Shown here: positions 1 through 9,441 of the stretch, one piece after another | How positions within the stretch are numbered: the stretch's first letter is position 1 | Layout of the letters: each line of letters begins with the position of its first letter | Assembly: GCA_963848135.1 (NCBI GenBank) | Contig: CAWKCK010000003.1 | Coordinates: 310,001-374,000, forward strand | DNA from: an uncultured delta proteobacterium | GTDB taxonomy: Bacteria; Desulfobacterota; Desulfobacteria; Desulfobacterales; SG8-13 | Direction of reading: 5' to 3' | Length of the DNA stretch: 64,000 nt | Made by a program: the position numbers and the translations under genes | Notes under the pieces: model-generated | The model's input: the letters and a program-made list of their open reading frames with translations, nothing else | What the model was told of the DNA's origin: nothing | Database searches by the model: none

Positions 1-330
1 GCCCGAGCCCTTTTTGATATCATGATTGACGCCCGTCGAATTAAAGCGGCACAGTCTCTTCTTTTGCACACTGAAGGTTTGGACTGGCCCGATCTCATGG
101 TCAACTGGCTGCGCGAACTTTTATACCTATGGTCTGGAAATGACCTCCTGATGCACTCGACGGTTATCCGGAAGATCGGGCCACGAGAGCTCGTTGCCGA
201 CATCATCGTTGATGCGTTCGATCCCTCTCGACATGCAATTAAAACCGAAATCAAGGCCGTGACCTATCACCAGATAGAGGTCAGAGAGCAGTTGACAGGG
301 TGGGAGGCCAAGATCATATTGGATGTGTAA
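1..330 (+). CDS. Archease (RtcB activator), 5' end probably outside the window
   Basis: C-terminal EIKAVTYH motif and terminal ILDV typical of archease; frame is open back to base 1; directly upstream of rtcB. Confidence 0.9.
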   Translation, partial: ARALFDIMIDARRIKAAQSLLLHTEGLDWPDLMVNWLRELLYLWSGNDLLMHSTVIRKIGPRELVADIIVDAFDPSRHAIKTEIKAVTYHQIEVREQLTGWEAKIILDV

Positions 331-396
331 TCGAGAAATACGTCCCATTATATCGCGTCTATGCAGACCCATCCCGTCTGCCGAAGGATCCCCACC

Positions 397-1830
397 ATGA
401 AACTCAGACAGATCGACCAATTTCGCTGGGAAGTACCCATAAGCGGAAAAATGCGGGTGCCGGGAATCATTTACGCTACCGCCGCCATGCTGGATGATTC
501 CCAACAAAGCGAGCCGATCAAACAGGTTGCCAATGTGGCCACCTTGCCCGGTATCGTCAAAGCGTCTCTCGCGATGCCGGATATGCATTGGGGCTACGGG
601 TTCCCCATCGGCGGAGTGGCGGCATTTGATTGGGAAAACGGTATCATATCTCCCGGAGGGGTTGGATATGATATCAACTGCGGTGTCCGTCTGGCCGCCA
701 CCGGTTTGGTTGCGTCTCAAATTCGACCGCTAATAGAGCCTTTGATCAACGCGCTCTATCAGAATATCCCCTCAGGTGTCGGATCAAAAGGACCGCTGAA
801 AATCTCGCTTCAGGAAGAAAAACGGGTGCTCAAAGAAGGCAGCCGCTGGGCCGTGCGGCAGGGGTTTGGCGAAGAAGACGACATCCGCCACACCGAAGAC
901 AACGGGTGTCTGCCCGACGCTGACCCGGAACTGGTTAGCAACCGTGCCCTCGCGCGCGGAAAACAACAGCTGGGAACCCTGGGTTCGGGTAACCATTTCC
1001 TGGAAGTCGGAGTCGTCGACAAGATATTTGACCCGCCCGTCGCCAAAGTCTTTGGCCTGTTCGAGGGACAGGTAACCGTCATGATCCATTGCGGGTCGCG
1101 GGGGTTTGGTTACCAAGTCTGCGATGATTTCCTGGCTTCAATGACCAAGCACGCACACACGATCGGTATGGAACTACCAGATCGCCAATTGGCCTGTGCA
1201 TCGATTCAATCGAATTTGGGGCAGCGTTACCGCGGTGCTATGGCCTGCGCGGCCAATTATGCCTGGGCCAACCGTCAAATACTTCTCCACCGGACGCGAG
1301 ATGTTTTCCAGCATATTTTTGGAATAGGACCGCGCGATCTGGCTATGCGGCTGGTATATGATGTTTGCCACAATATTGCCAAAAAGGAAGAGCACATTGT
1401 CGACGGACAAAAGCAGGCTGTCTGTGTGCACCGCAAAGGCGCAACGCGGTCTTTTCCACCGGGGCACCCGGCACTGGACGATGCCTATCGCAGTGTGGGA
1501 CAACCGGTCATCATCCCCGGGGATATGGGCACTGCATCTTATGTGCTCGTGGGGACCGAAGTGGCCATGGATCAAACATTCGGCTCAACCTGTCATGGGG
1601 CCGGTCGGGTATTGAGTCGCAAGGCCGCTAAAAAAGCCAGCAAGGGACGATCAATTCAACGCGAACTGGAAGACAAGGGCATTCTGGTACGTTGGACCGG
1701 CAGGGGAACACTCGCCGAGGAGATGCCGGATGCTTACAAGAATATCACCGAAGTGGTAAATGTTGTGCATGGCGCCGGTATTTCACGAAAAGTAGCCAGA
1801 CTGCGACCGATCGGCGTTGTTAAAGGATAG
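397..1830 (+). CDS. rtcB: RtcB family RNA 3'-phosphate/5'-OH ligase
   Basis: Motifs MPDMHWGYGFPIG, GYDINCG, GNHFLE, HCGSRG, HNIAK, HRKGATR, PGDMG, STCHGAGR; start chosen at ATG 397 after AAGGA. Confidence 0.97.
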   Translation: MKLRQIDQFRWEVPISGKMRVPGIIYATAAMLDDSQQSEPIKQVANVATLPGIVKASLAMPDMHWGYGFPIGGVAAFDWENGIISPGGVGYDINCGVRLAATGLVASQIRPLIEPLINALYQNIPSGVGSKGPLKISLQEEKRVLKEGSRWAVRQGFGEEDDIRHTEDNGCLPDADPELVSNRALARGKQQLGTLGSGNHFLEVGVVDKIFDPPVAKVFGLFEGQVTVMIHCGSRGFGYQVCDDFLASMTKHAHTIGMELPDRQLACASIQSNLGQRYRGAMACAANYAWANRQILLHRTRDVFQHIFGIGPRDLAMRLVYDVCHNIAKKEEHIVDGQKQAVCVHRKGATRSFPPGHPALDDAYRSVGQPVIIPGDMGTASYVLVGTEVAMDQTFGSTCHGAGRVLSRKAAKKASKGRSIQRELEDKGILVRWTGRGTLAEEMPDAYKNITEVVNVVHGAGISRKVARLRPIGVVKG

Positions 1831-1847
1831 CCGAGCTGAAGGGGGAT

Positions 1848-3206
1848 TTGACGTTGAATCCGCACATGTTCAGGGAATACGACATCAGGGGAATTGCCGG
1901 CAAGGACATGACAAATGACGACGTCGGGCTTATCGGCCAGGGCGTTGGTACCTTTCTGAGGCAACAGGGTGCCGCCAAAATCAGTGTCGGGCACGACTGC
2001 CGCTTGACATCGGAAAGCTATGCCAGAAGTTTGATTGAAGGACTGCAGGCGAGTGGCTGTGACGTCATCGATATCGGTGTGTGCCCGACCCCGATACTAT
2101 ACTTTTCCATCCAGCACCTGAAGACCGATGGCGGCGTCATGATTACCGCCAGTCACAACCCGCCCGAATATAACGGTTTCAAAATCTGCCTCGGACTCGA
2201 CTCCATCCACGGCAAGGACATTCAGAAAATCCTTACCATCATTCGGGAGAAAAATTTTGCTCACAGTCGGGGCCAACTGTCTAACACCAATGTCATTCCG
2301 GCTTACAGCGACTTTGTGGTCGAAAATATTGAACTGACGCAACCTTTGCGCGTCGGCGTCGATGCCGGTAACGGTACGGCCGGTGTCGTTGCGGTGCCGA
2401 TCATGAAACGACTGGGTTGCGAGGTTCATGACCTTTTCTGCGACATGGACGGTAATTTCCCCAATCACGAGGCCGACCCCACGGTCATCGATAACATGCA
2501 GGATCTTATCACGCTGGTGAAAAATGAAGAACTGGATCTGGGAATCGGTTTTGATGGCGATGGCGATCGGATCGGCGTCGTTGATGAAGCCGGACGGCTT
2601 ATCTACGGCGATAAGTTGATGATCATCTACGCCAGGGAAATTCTGAAACGAAAACCGGGGGCCACATTCATCTCCGATGTGAAATGCTCCCAAACCATGT
2701 ATGATGATATCGAGAAACACGGCGGCCGGGCCATCATGTGGCGCACCGGGCATTCGCTGATAAAAAAGAAGATGAAAGAGGAGCAAGCGGAGCTTGCCGG
2801 CGAAATGAGCGGTCACATGTTCTTCAAGGACCGTTATTTGGGATTCGATGATGCCACGTATGCCGCCTGTCGTTTGCTGGAAATTCGTGCCGCCACAGGT
2901 CTAAAAATTTCCGAAATGCTGGCCGATGTACCGCCGACGTTTACGACACCGGAAATTCGTGTCGATTGCCCTGATGATGTGAAATTTGGTCTCGTCCAAA
3001 AGGCGATCGCCTATTTCAGTCAGAACTACAACGTGATCGATATCGACGGCGCGCGGGTTAGTTTTGATGATGGATGGGGGTTGGTTCGGGCCTCAAACAC
3101 CCAACCGGCACTGGTCCTGCGGTTCGAGGCCCTGTCGAAAAAACGGCTAAATGATATAAGGATGTTGATCGAAGAGGGACTTGATAGATTGAAATCAGAA
3201 ACATGA
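1848..3206 (+). CDS. Phosphomannomutase/phosphoglucomutase (AlgC-type)
   Basis: FREYDIRG N-terminus, TASHNP phosphoserine loop, DGDGDR metal loop, GEMSGH sugar loop, RASNTQP. Confidence 0.95.
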   Translation: MTLNPHMFREYDIRGIAGKDMTNDDVGLIGQGVGTFLRQQGAAKISVGHDCRLTSESYARSLIEGLQASGCDVIDIGVCPTPILYFSIQHLKTDGGVMITASHNPPEYNGFKICLGLDSIHGKDIQKILTIIREKNFAHSRGQLSNTNVIPAYSDFVVENIELTQPLRVGVDAGNGTAGVVAVPIMKRLGCEVHDLFCDMDGNFPNHEADPTVIDNMQDLITLVKNEELDLGIGFDGDGDRIGVVDEAGRLIYGDKLMIIYAREILKRKPGATFISDVKCSQTMYDDIEKHGGRAIMWRTGHSLIKKKMKEEQAELAGEMSGHMFFKDRYLGFDDATYAACRLLEIRAATGLKISEMLADVPPTFTTPEIRVDCPDDVKFGLVQKAIAYFSQNYNVIDIDGARVSFDDGWGLVRASNTQPALVLRFEALSKKRLNDIRMLIEEGLDRLKSET

Positions 3207-3330
3207 GGAATCAGGAACCAGAATCAGCTGAATAAACCCCAATTTGAGAATATCATGCTGTCCAAAGGCTGATGGCCCAAGTGCAGGCAGATGGCAGATA
3301 CGAAAACAGGTCGAACCCGTGGCGTCAGAT

Positions 3331-3567
3331 TCAGCCGTTATCTTCTCCGAAATCTAATGCCGGGTCGACAAACTTCTTCCGGCGCTCTTCCTCTTCATCG
3401 ATCTCAGCGGCCTGCAGTCCGCGGCGGTCCATACCGGATCTGCGGTCTATTCCCGATCTTCTGTCCGGTCTGTCGATAGGAACCCTTTTTTTCCGCCTGT
3501 CTGTCCACAACCGACGGCCGCCATTATCCATCATTGCGATGAAAGACAGTTCTTTCATATATCCCAT
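3331..3567 (-). CDS. Small Arg-rich hypothetical protein with DRRSGxDRR repeats
   Basis: 78-aa ORF with TDRR...PDRRSGIDRRSGMDRRG...ERRK; true start uncertain (several Met codons). Confidence 0.6.
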   Translation of the reverse strand: MGYMKELSFIAMMDNGGRRLWTDRRKKRVPIDRPDRRSGIDRRSGMDRRGLQAAEIDEEEERRKKFVDPALDFGEDNG

Positions 3568-3707
3568 CTCGTCATTGTTGGGTCTGCTCTATCGTCCATA
3601 ACACAATCCTTAAGTAAGCCAATTCTAAGGTATTGTCAATCTTGTGACCCAACGGGGAATTCTGAAAAACGTCTTGACTGTCACATTGTGGCATGCTAAG
3701 TATGCCC

Positions 3708-3785
3708 ACAGCGGTAGGCCCCATGGGCCTAACTCAACCTCCTTTCATAAAAGGCGGACCCTTTTTCCCCGGGTCCGCCTTTTTA
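3708..3785 (+). ncRNA. Candidate small RNA with exposed anti-Shine-Dalgarno sequence
   Basis: TTGACT (3674-3679), 17 bp, then an imperfect -10 (TAAGTA); hairpin TAGGCCC-CAT-GGGCCTA (3715-3731); unpaired ACCTCCTTT (3737-3745); 13-bp terminator stem. Confidence 0.5.
3749..3785. terminator. Bidirectional intrinsic terminator
   Basis: AAAAGGCGGACCC (3749-3761) / GGGTCCGCCTTTT (3771-3783) perfect inverted repeat with A-tract before and T-tract after. Confidence 0.85.
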
Positions 3786-3876
3786 TTCTCATCTGCTGTC
3801 GATCTTCACGACCGCGCCAGATAAAATCGGCCATGGCAAATCGGGTTTATGGGCGCTATCATCCATGCCGATCTTT

Positions 3877-4053
3877 TCAACCCTCAGGATGCCGGTCGAC
3901 AATCTCTGTGGCCGGGGAAAGTACCGAACCCCGGACGCCCCTCTCGTCTGAATGCTTGACCCTCAGATAGACTCTCTCGAGAGTCAAGATCAATAAAACG
4001 ATCGAGACAACGACTCCGGTCATCAGGAGACCATATAATAGAGGGTTTAACAT
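3877..4053 (-). CDS. 58-aa small membrane protein (not in ORF track)
   Basis: Manual translation MLNPLLYGLLMTGVVVSIVLLILTLERVYLRVKHSDERGVRGSVLSPATEIVDRHPEG; one hydrophobic N-terminal helix followed by charged tail; GGGGG SD-like run about 10 nt upstream. Confidence 0.5.
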   Translation of the reverse strand: MLNPLLYGLLMTGVVVSIVLLILTLERVYLRVKHSDERGVRGSVLSPATEIVDRHPEG

Positions 4054-4071
4054 ATCAACATTACCCCCAGA

Positions 4072-4105
4072 GGAAAAAGTCAGGCGGTTCCCAGAGGGAA
4101 CCGCC
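4072..4105 (-). terminator. GC-rich hairpin, terminator/attenuator-like
   Basis: GGCGGTTCCC (4083-4092) / GGGAACCGCC (4096-4105) perfect 10-bp stem; on the minus strand followed by TGACTTTTT. Confidence 0.6.
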
Positions 4106-4149
4106 CATGCGAAAGAAAATTACCGGTATTCGCCGGCGCAATAATTCAT

Positions 4150-4165
4150 AGCAAACAATGTGCCA
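4150..4165 (-). promoter_or_regulatory. Sigma54 (-24/-12) promoter
   Basis: Minus strand TGGCACATTGTTTGCT: GG-N10-GC spacing with TGGCAC and TTGC consensus; IHF-like site near 4193-4206 and near-palindrome TTGAGAAAAAATTTTCCCAA (4272-4291) upstream. Confidence 0.75.
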
Positions 4166-4237
4166 TATTCTAATTTCTTAGTTTAAAGTTAAATTACAAG
4201 GAGTTAATGCATATTTTTACAACATTTTTTTTGGGTG

Positions 4238-4246
4238 TGATATAAT
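4238..4246 (+). promoter_or_regulatory. Extended -10 sigma70 promoter for the dehydrogenase gene
   Basis: TGaTATAAT about 150 nt upstream of the 4395 start. Confidence 0.55.
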
Positions 4247-4394
4247 GTTTGTGAGATTTTTTTCAGGAAAGTTGAGAAAAAATTTTCCCAATATCGGAAT
4301 GGCGCTGTGGTTGTCCGAAGGAAAAACACATCGACATGCACTGCTGACGGCCGCCGCCGGATAACATCAAACGCACAATGGAAATGGGTTGATA

Positions 4395-5501
4395 ATGAAA
4401 ATAGCAATTTTGGGCGCTGGAAAAGTCGGTACCACCATTGCTCTGATGCTGAGAAAGAGCAAATTCTGCTCCGATCTGTTGATTGCGGATATCGAACCGC
4501 GGCAGGAAATAAAAAACTTGGCTGCCATCGACGTCGTTAAACTGGATATCACCGACCGATCGTCCCTCAAGAAGTTCATCGCCGACCGCGACGCCATTGT
4601 CAGTGCAGCACCTTTTTTCCTTAACCAAACCCTTGCCGAAACATGTGCCCAGGCTGCGGTGGCGTACTTCGACCTGACCGAAGATGTGGAAACAACCCTG
4701 CGAATTCGTTCCCTGGCCAAAAAAGCACCTGTCACCTTCATGCCGCAATGCGGATTGGCGCCTGGTGCCATCAATATCATTGGCAGCAGTTATGCCAGAC
4801 GGTTTAAAACTGTTCGCAGCCTTGAATTGCGTGTGGGCGCCTTGCCTCTTTACGCAAGCAATTCGATGAAATATTACTTGAGTTGGAATACCGCCGGGCT
4901 GATCAATGAATATTGCCAATTGGCTGAAGCGCTCCACGGAGGGTCCCGGATACAGACGCTTCCGTTGGAAGGACTTGAGCGATTGACCATCGATGGTACG
5001 GAATATGAAGCGTTCAACACATCGGGCGGCGTGGCCACGATGTGCGAAACGTTTGAAAACCGTATCAATGACCTGAATTACAAAACCATTCGATATCCCG
5101 GGCATCGAGATTTGATGCGGTTTCTGCTGCAGGATCTGAACCTGGGTCAAAACCGCGCCGTCCTTACACAGATTTTTGACCAAGAAGTACCACTGACGGA
5201 ACAGGATGTTGTCATTATATATGTGAATGTGGTTGGTAGCGATGACGGGCCGGTCATGCAACGTAATTTCGTCAAAAAAATCTACGGCCAGGTCATCGAA
5301 GGCAGTGCTGTATCGGCCATCCAATTGTCAACCGCCGCCGGGTTGGTAGCCGTATTGGAATTATTCAGCCGTGGAAGTTTCGCCCCGGGGTTCGTAAAGC
5401 AAGAAGATATATCCCTTGAAGATTTTTTTTCTACCCATTGGGGGCATAGAGTCTATGATCCGGCTTGCCGGGACAAAACGGAAAGACCATCGGGATGCTA
5501 A
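4395..5501 (+). CDS. Saccharopine dehydrogenase family protein, lysine 6(epsilon)-dehydrogenase-like
   Basis: Rossmann GAGKVG, YFDLTED, CGLAPG, GLINEY, YEAFNTSGG, YKTIRYPGH motifs. Confidence 0.85.
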   Translation: MKIAILGAGKVGTTIALMLRKSKFCSDLLIADIEPRQEIKNLAAIDVVKLDITDRSSLKKFIADRDAIVSAAPFFLNQTLAETCAQAAVAYFDLTEDVETTLRIRSLAKKAPVTFMPQCGLAPGAINIIGSSYARRFKTVRSLELRVGALPLYASNSMKYYLSWNTAGLINEYCQLAEALHGGSRIQTLPLEGLERLTIDGTEYEAFNTSGGVATMCETFENRINDLNYKTIRYPGHRDLMRFLLQDLNLGQNRAVLTQIFDQEVPLTEQDVVIIYVNVVGSDDGPVMQRNFVKKIYGQVIEGSAVSAIQLSTAAGLVAVLELFSRGSFAPGFVKQEDISLEDFFSTHWGHRVYDPACRDKTERPSGC

Positions 5502-5630
5502 CCCAAGTATTCTCAACGGGAAAACCGCAACGCATTTTTAAGTGTAGTATAACGTATTACTTTGCGGTATATTTTCAGTGCTTAATATTCGTTTTATTTT
5601 CAAGATCTTACGCATACCGCCAAATAGGTA

Positions 5631-5658
5631 TTGACAAGCCAAGCGGAGTTGATATGAT
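5631..5658 (+). promoter_or_regulatory. Sigma70 promoter
   Basis: TTGACA (5631-5636), 16 bp, extended -10 TGaTATGAT (TATGAT 5653-5658). Confidence 0.7.
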
Positions 5659-5664
5659 ATCGTT

Positions 5665-5810
5665 CAACATTGGATGAAAGCAAATAATGCCCCGTCAGGG
5701 AGCATAGCTGGGGAGGGTTGGATTTGATCAGCAGCTTGCATTCCCTCTATTGAAAAATGCTAAAGCGCTCTTTAAAGCCCTGTTGCTATTATAGCAACCG
5801 GGTTTTTTTT
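5665..5810 (+). ncRNA. Candidate ~145-nt sRNA or attenuated leader
   Basis: Between a near-consensus promoter and an intrinsic terminator with no convincing ORF; internal stems TGCCCC/GGGAGCA and GAGGG/CCCTC. Confidence 0.45.
5774..5810 (+). terminator. Intrinsic terminator
   Basis: AAAGCCCTGTTGCTA-TTA-TAGCAACCGGGTTTTTTTT stem-loop with 8-T tail. Confidence 0.8.
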
Positions 5811-6029
5811 GTATTGACTTGTTATCCGTTATCGCGCCAGCCGCAGGCAGGTTGCGGATCAAAGGAAACGATCGTTTCGTCCTTTTTAGAAAAATGTTTC
5901 GCTCTGACACCTTGCCATCAAGGTTTCCGTTATGAACGTTACAATATAAACGGTCTCTCCTGCGCAATTGAGCGAAGGTGACTTGGTTTCAGCAGCATCT
6001 TTCGAATTCACCCAGGAAACACGGCTACA

Positions 6030-6620
6030 ATGACGACAGCGTCCCGTAGAACGGCAAATACGCTCGAAATTTCCGGAATCGGCCGTATCGGATTGAAACG
6101 TAATCAAAGGGTCCGCCATCTTAACCTGACCGTTAAACCATTTACCGGTATCCAAGTGACCCTTCCACCCGGAATACCGCTCAACCAGGTGGAACGGTTC
6201 GTTGTCTCAAAAAAACGCTGGATCGCGAAGCATCTTGAACAAGCGCGGGAGATGGAGAGAAAAAGAATACAGGTTTCCGAACGGGTCGATGGCATCGATT
6301 TTGCGAAGGCGGCCGAATTCCTGGCGCAAGAACTCCACAGATTGGCAAACCGACACGGCTTTCACGTTCACCGGGTAACTGTCCGGAACCAGAAAACCCG
6401 CTGGGGAAGTTGCTCAGCAGAAAACAACATCAGCCTGAACGTCAACCTCGTTCATTTACCACCAACTTTACAGCGATACGTATTTTTGCATGAGCTTCTG
6501 CATACCCGCATAAAAAACCACAGTCGAAATTTCTGGATCGAGCTGGAACGTTTAATAAGCAATGTCAGTGACTTGCGGTCAAAGCTTAACAATTACAGCT
6601 ATCTTCTGCTTCGCAATTGA
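6030..6620 (+). CDS. YgjP/DUF45 (M48-like) zinc metallohydrolase
   Basis: QKTRWGSCS and HELLH...NHSRNFW motifs. Confidence 0.9.
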   Translation: MTTASRRTANTLEISGIGRIGLKRNQRVRHLNLTVKPFTGIQVTLPPGIPLNQVERFVVSKKRWIAKHLEQAREMERKRIQVSERVDGIDFAKAAEFLAQELHRLANRHGFHVHRVTVRNQKTRWGSCSAENNISLNVNLVHLPPTLQRYVFLHELLHTRIKNHSRNFWIELERLISNVSDLRSKLNNYSYLLLRN

Positions 6621-6768
6621 TCGGCGGCCACGACAGTTCCGGTTTACTGTAAGTTCGAAAGATCTTCTGGCATCCGGCACACGTCCGGTCTTGAAAATCC
6701 CTGATCTGAAAGGCTCTTGTTCCGTCGATCGATGAGTGTTATGACATCGGCGTCATTTGGGAACGGGT

Positions 6769-8082
6769 ATGCAGAAACCGGACAAACTGATCTTTACGAT
6801 CCTATTCTTTTCGATTTTCGCCACCATTACGGGTGTCGGCATTGTTGTGCCGTTGCTCCCGGTCTATGCCCATGAATTGGGGGCTTCCGGCGTATACATC
6901 GGATTAATATTCGGCGCTTTTTCTCTATCCCGAACGATCTTTCTGCCGTATTTCGGCCACCTATCGGATAAAAGGGGGCGCAAACCTCTAATTGTTCCAG
7001 GATTGCTGGCGTATACGCTCGTCTCGATTGCCTTCCTACTCACAACCGATATCAAATCCCTCATTCTGGTCCGTTTTATTCAGGGCATCGCCTCGGCCAT
7101 GTTGATGCCGGTTATCCAGGCTTATGTGGGTGACATTACCCCAGCGGGACGGGAGGGACTGACCATGGGTCTGTTCAACATGTCCGTTTTTCTGGGATTG
7201 AGCCTCGGACCGGTTTTGGGTGGCCTGATACACGACAGTTTTAGCCTCGAAGCGGCGTTTTTAGGCATGGGTGGCCTGTCGTTCATCGGATTTATACTCA
7301 GCTTTTTCCTGCTACCGCCGACCCGGAGCGAAAAATCCATTCAACGCGGAATGCCAGAGGTAAAGTGGCGACAACTGGTTCAAAACCGGGAGATCACCGG
7401 TCTCTTCTTTTTCCGATTTGCTTACACGGCCTGTATCGGTATCATTTGGGGCTTTTTACCGGTTCTGGCAAACGCTGAATTGTCATTGTCGAGCACCAAG
7501 ATCGGCTTTATCGTCATGCTGGGCATATTAATCAGCGGCGTATTCCAATTGCCAATGGGCTTTCTGGCTGATCGTATCAATAAAAAATTAATGGTCATTT
7601 TCGGCGGACTGATCGTCAGTTACGCTATTTTCTCTTATTCTTGGGCCGACCAGTTTTCCGATATGGTTTTGGCCAGTTTTTTCTTCGGCATCGGGGGAGG
7701 GATCTGCATGCCGGCCCTCATGGCAACGGCTGTTATTATTGGCAATAGAAACGCCGCTATGGGTTCCGTTATGGCCTGGTTAACAGTCGCCCACAGTATG
7801 GGAATGTTGGCCGGTTCGATGCTTGCCGGGATGATGATGGATTTTTTCCGCCTTAGAGCCGCATTTCCTGTCGGTGCCCTTCTCATGATCCTGGGCTTGG
7901 CTGCGTTCGTCTATAGTACGCGGCATCAGACGACAACGGGGTCCCGTTGTGCGACCGAGACGAACGCCTGCAAATCGCTGGGTATTTATGATGAACCCAT
8001 CGGTTTACACCACCATCAAACCTTGAACCAAACAGTGGAAAAAACAAATCCAGGTACCACGACCAGTTCGATTGACAAATAA
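6769..8082 (+). CDS. MFS transporter (drug:H+ antiporter-like)
   Basis: About 12 hydrophobic segments; motif A GHLSDKRGRK and repeat GFLADRINKK. Confidence 0.9.
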   Translation: MQKPDKLIFTILFFSIFATITGVGIVVPLLPVYAHELGASGVYIGLIFGAFSLSRTIFLPYFGHLSDKRGRKPLIVPGLLAYTLVSIAFLLTTDIKSLILVRFIQGIASAMLMPVIQAYVGDITPAGREGLTMGLFNMSVFLGLSLGPVLGGLIHDSFSLEAAFLGMGGLSFIGFILSFFLLPPTRSEKSIQRGMPEVKWRQLVQNREITGLFFFRFAYTACIGIIWGFLPVLANAELSLSSTKIGFIVMLGILISGVFQLPMGFLADRINKKLMVIFGGLIVSYAIFSYSWADQFSDMVLASFFFGIGGGICMPALMATAVIIGNRNAAMGSVMAWLTVAHSMGMLAGSMLAGMMMDFFRLRAAFPVGALLMILGLAAFVYSTRHQTTTGSRCATETNACKSLGIYDEPIGLHHHQTLNQTVEKTNPGTTTSSIDK

Positions 8083-8173
8083 TGTTTCAGCATTACTTTA
8101 AAGTCCAGCGTAAGGCCCATGCATCCTTTAATCAGGCTAACCTGTCGTATAAATTAATAAAATCAGAAAAGCT

Positions 8174-9286
8174 ATGACACAGAAGCGTGACTATTATGAC
8201 GTGCTCGGTGTTGGTCGCCGGGCGGAAGAAGCAGAGATAAAAGCAGCCTATCGTAAGCTTGCCCTTAAATTTCACCCGGACAGAAATCCCGACAACAAAG
8301 AAGCCGAGGAGCGATTCAAAGAGGCTGCCGAAGCATATGAAGTCCTGCGGGATACCCAGAAAAGGTCAATTTACGACCAATTCGGACATGCCGGTTTGGA
8401 GGGTACGGGCTTTTCGGGTTTCGGCGGCTTTGAAGACATCTTTTCAAGTTTCGGTGATATTTTCGAAGATTTCTTTGGCTTCGGTGGTGGCCGGCGAACC
8501 AGAAGCCGCGGGCAGCGGGGGGCAGATCTTCGCTACGATATGACCCTCAGCTTTATGGACGCGGCTTTCGGAACGGAAACCGAAATTGATGTCGAAAAAG
8601 CTGAAACCTGTCGCGCGTGCGAAGGCAGCGGCAGCGAGGCTGGGACTTCACCGAAGATCTGCGACCAGTGTCGTGGAACCGGACAGGTCACTCGATCCCA
8701 GGGATTCTTTACCGTTCGCAGCACGTGTTACGCATGCAGGGGCAGCGGTCAAACCATCACGAATCCCTGTCCCGATTGCCGGGGTATTGGTCAGGTTCAG
8801 CTGCGAAAAAAAGTTACGGTCAAAATTCCAGGTGGCGTCGACAACGGTTCCAGGCTTCGACTGACCGGCGAGGGGGAGGCCGGCACCCAAGGTGGACCAA
8901 CGGGAGATTTGTATGTTTTCATCCATGTTGAGCCTCACGAGTTTTTCGAACGACACGAAAACGACGTTATTTGTCAGGTCCCTATTTCCTTCATTCAGGC
9001 CGCTTTGGGGGACAAACTCAAGGTTCCGACACTGACAAGTAAAAAGACCATCGAGATAAAGAAGGGAACCCAACCGGGTGATTACATGCGGCTTCGCGGA
9101 GAGGGTATACCCTCTTTGAGAAATGGAAACCGGGGTGACCAAATCGTACAGTTTTCCATCCGTACGCCTACCAATCTGAACAAAAAACAGGAAGCGCTTT
9201 TAAAGGATTTCGCCAAAATAGAAAACGCCAAGCTGTCATCGAAGATCAAAAATATTCTCAGAGGAGAATCCTTGGGGGCCGTTTGA
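8174..9286 (+). CDS. dnaJ: Chaperone DnaJ (type I)
   Basis: J-domain with HPD, G/F-rich linker, four CxxCxGxG motifs, C-terminal domain. Confidence 0.98.
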   Translation: MTQKRDYYDVLGVGRRAEEAEIKAAYRKLALKFHPDRNPDNKEAEERFKEAAEAYEVLRDTQKRSIYDQFGHAGLEGTGFSGFGGFEDIFSSFGDIFEDFFGFGGGRRTRSRGQRGADLRYDMTLSFMDAAFGTETEIDVEKAETCRACEGSGSEAGTSPKICDQCRGTGQVTRSQGFFTVRSTCYACRGSGQTITNPCPDCRGIGQVQLRKKVTVKIPGGVDNGSRLRLTGEGEAGTQGGPTGDLYVFIHVEPHEFFERHENDVICQVPISFIQAALGDKLKVPTLTSKKTIEIKKGTQPGDYMRLRGEGIPSLRNGNRGDQIVQFSIRTPTNLNKKQEALLKDFAKIENAKLSSKIKNILRGESLGAV

Positions 9287-9370
9287 GCCATCAAGTCAAA
9301 TATTAGCGTCTGCAAAAAATTACACTTATAGCGCCCGGTAGGTTCACTGTTCAGATGCCCCTGAATAAAG

Positions 9371-9398
9371 AACCCTGAAAAGGGTTTATATTATTTTT
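9371..9398 (+). terminator. Possible terminator after dnaJ
   Basis: AACCCT-GAAA-AGGGTT stem with GNRA loop followed by a T-rich tract. Confidence 0.4.
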
Positions 9399-9441
9399 AT
9401 GCTAAACTAGCAGGACCCGAGGGGGAGAAGAGGAGATCGGC

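Noticed and set aside
3644..3970. 108-aa plus-strand ORF
   Set aside because: No RBS, crosses a strong terminator and has no protein-like pattern.
4263..5324. 353-aa minus-strand ORF
   Set aside because: Antisense shadow of the dehydrogenase gene with no recognisable motifs.
9338..9376. Possible preQ1 riboswitch upstream of queD (TAGGTTC...CCCTGAATAAAGAAC)
   Set aside because: Stem only 4 bp with a 17-nt loop and non-canonical tail; an extended -10 candidate (TGCTAAACT near 9400) lies downstream, so the element may not be in the queD leader.
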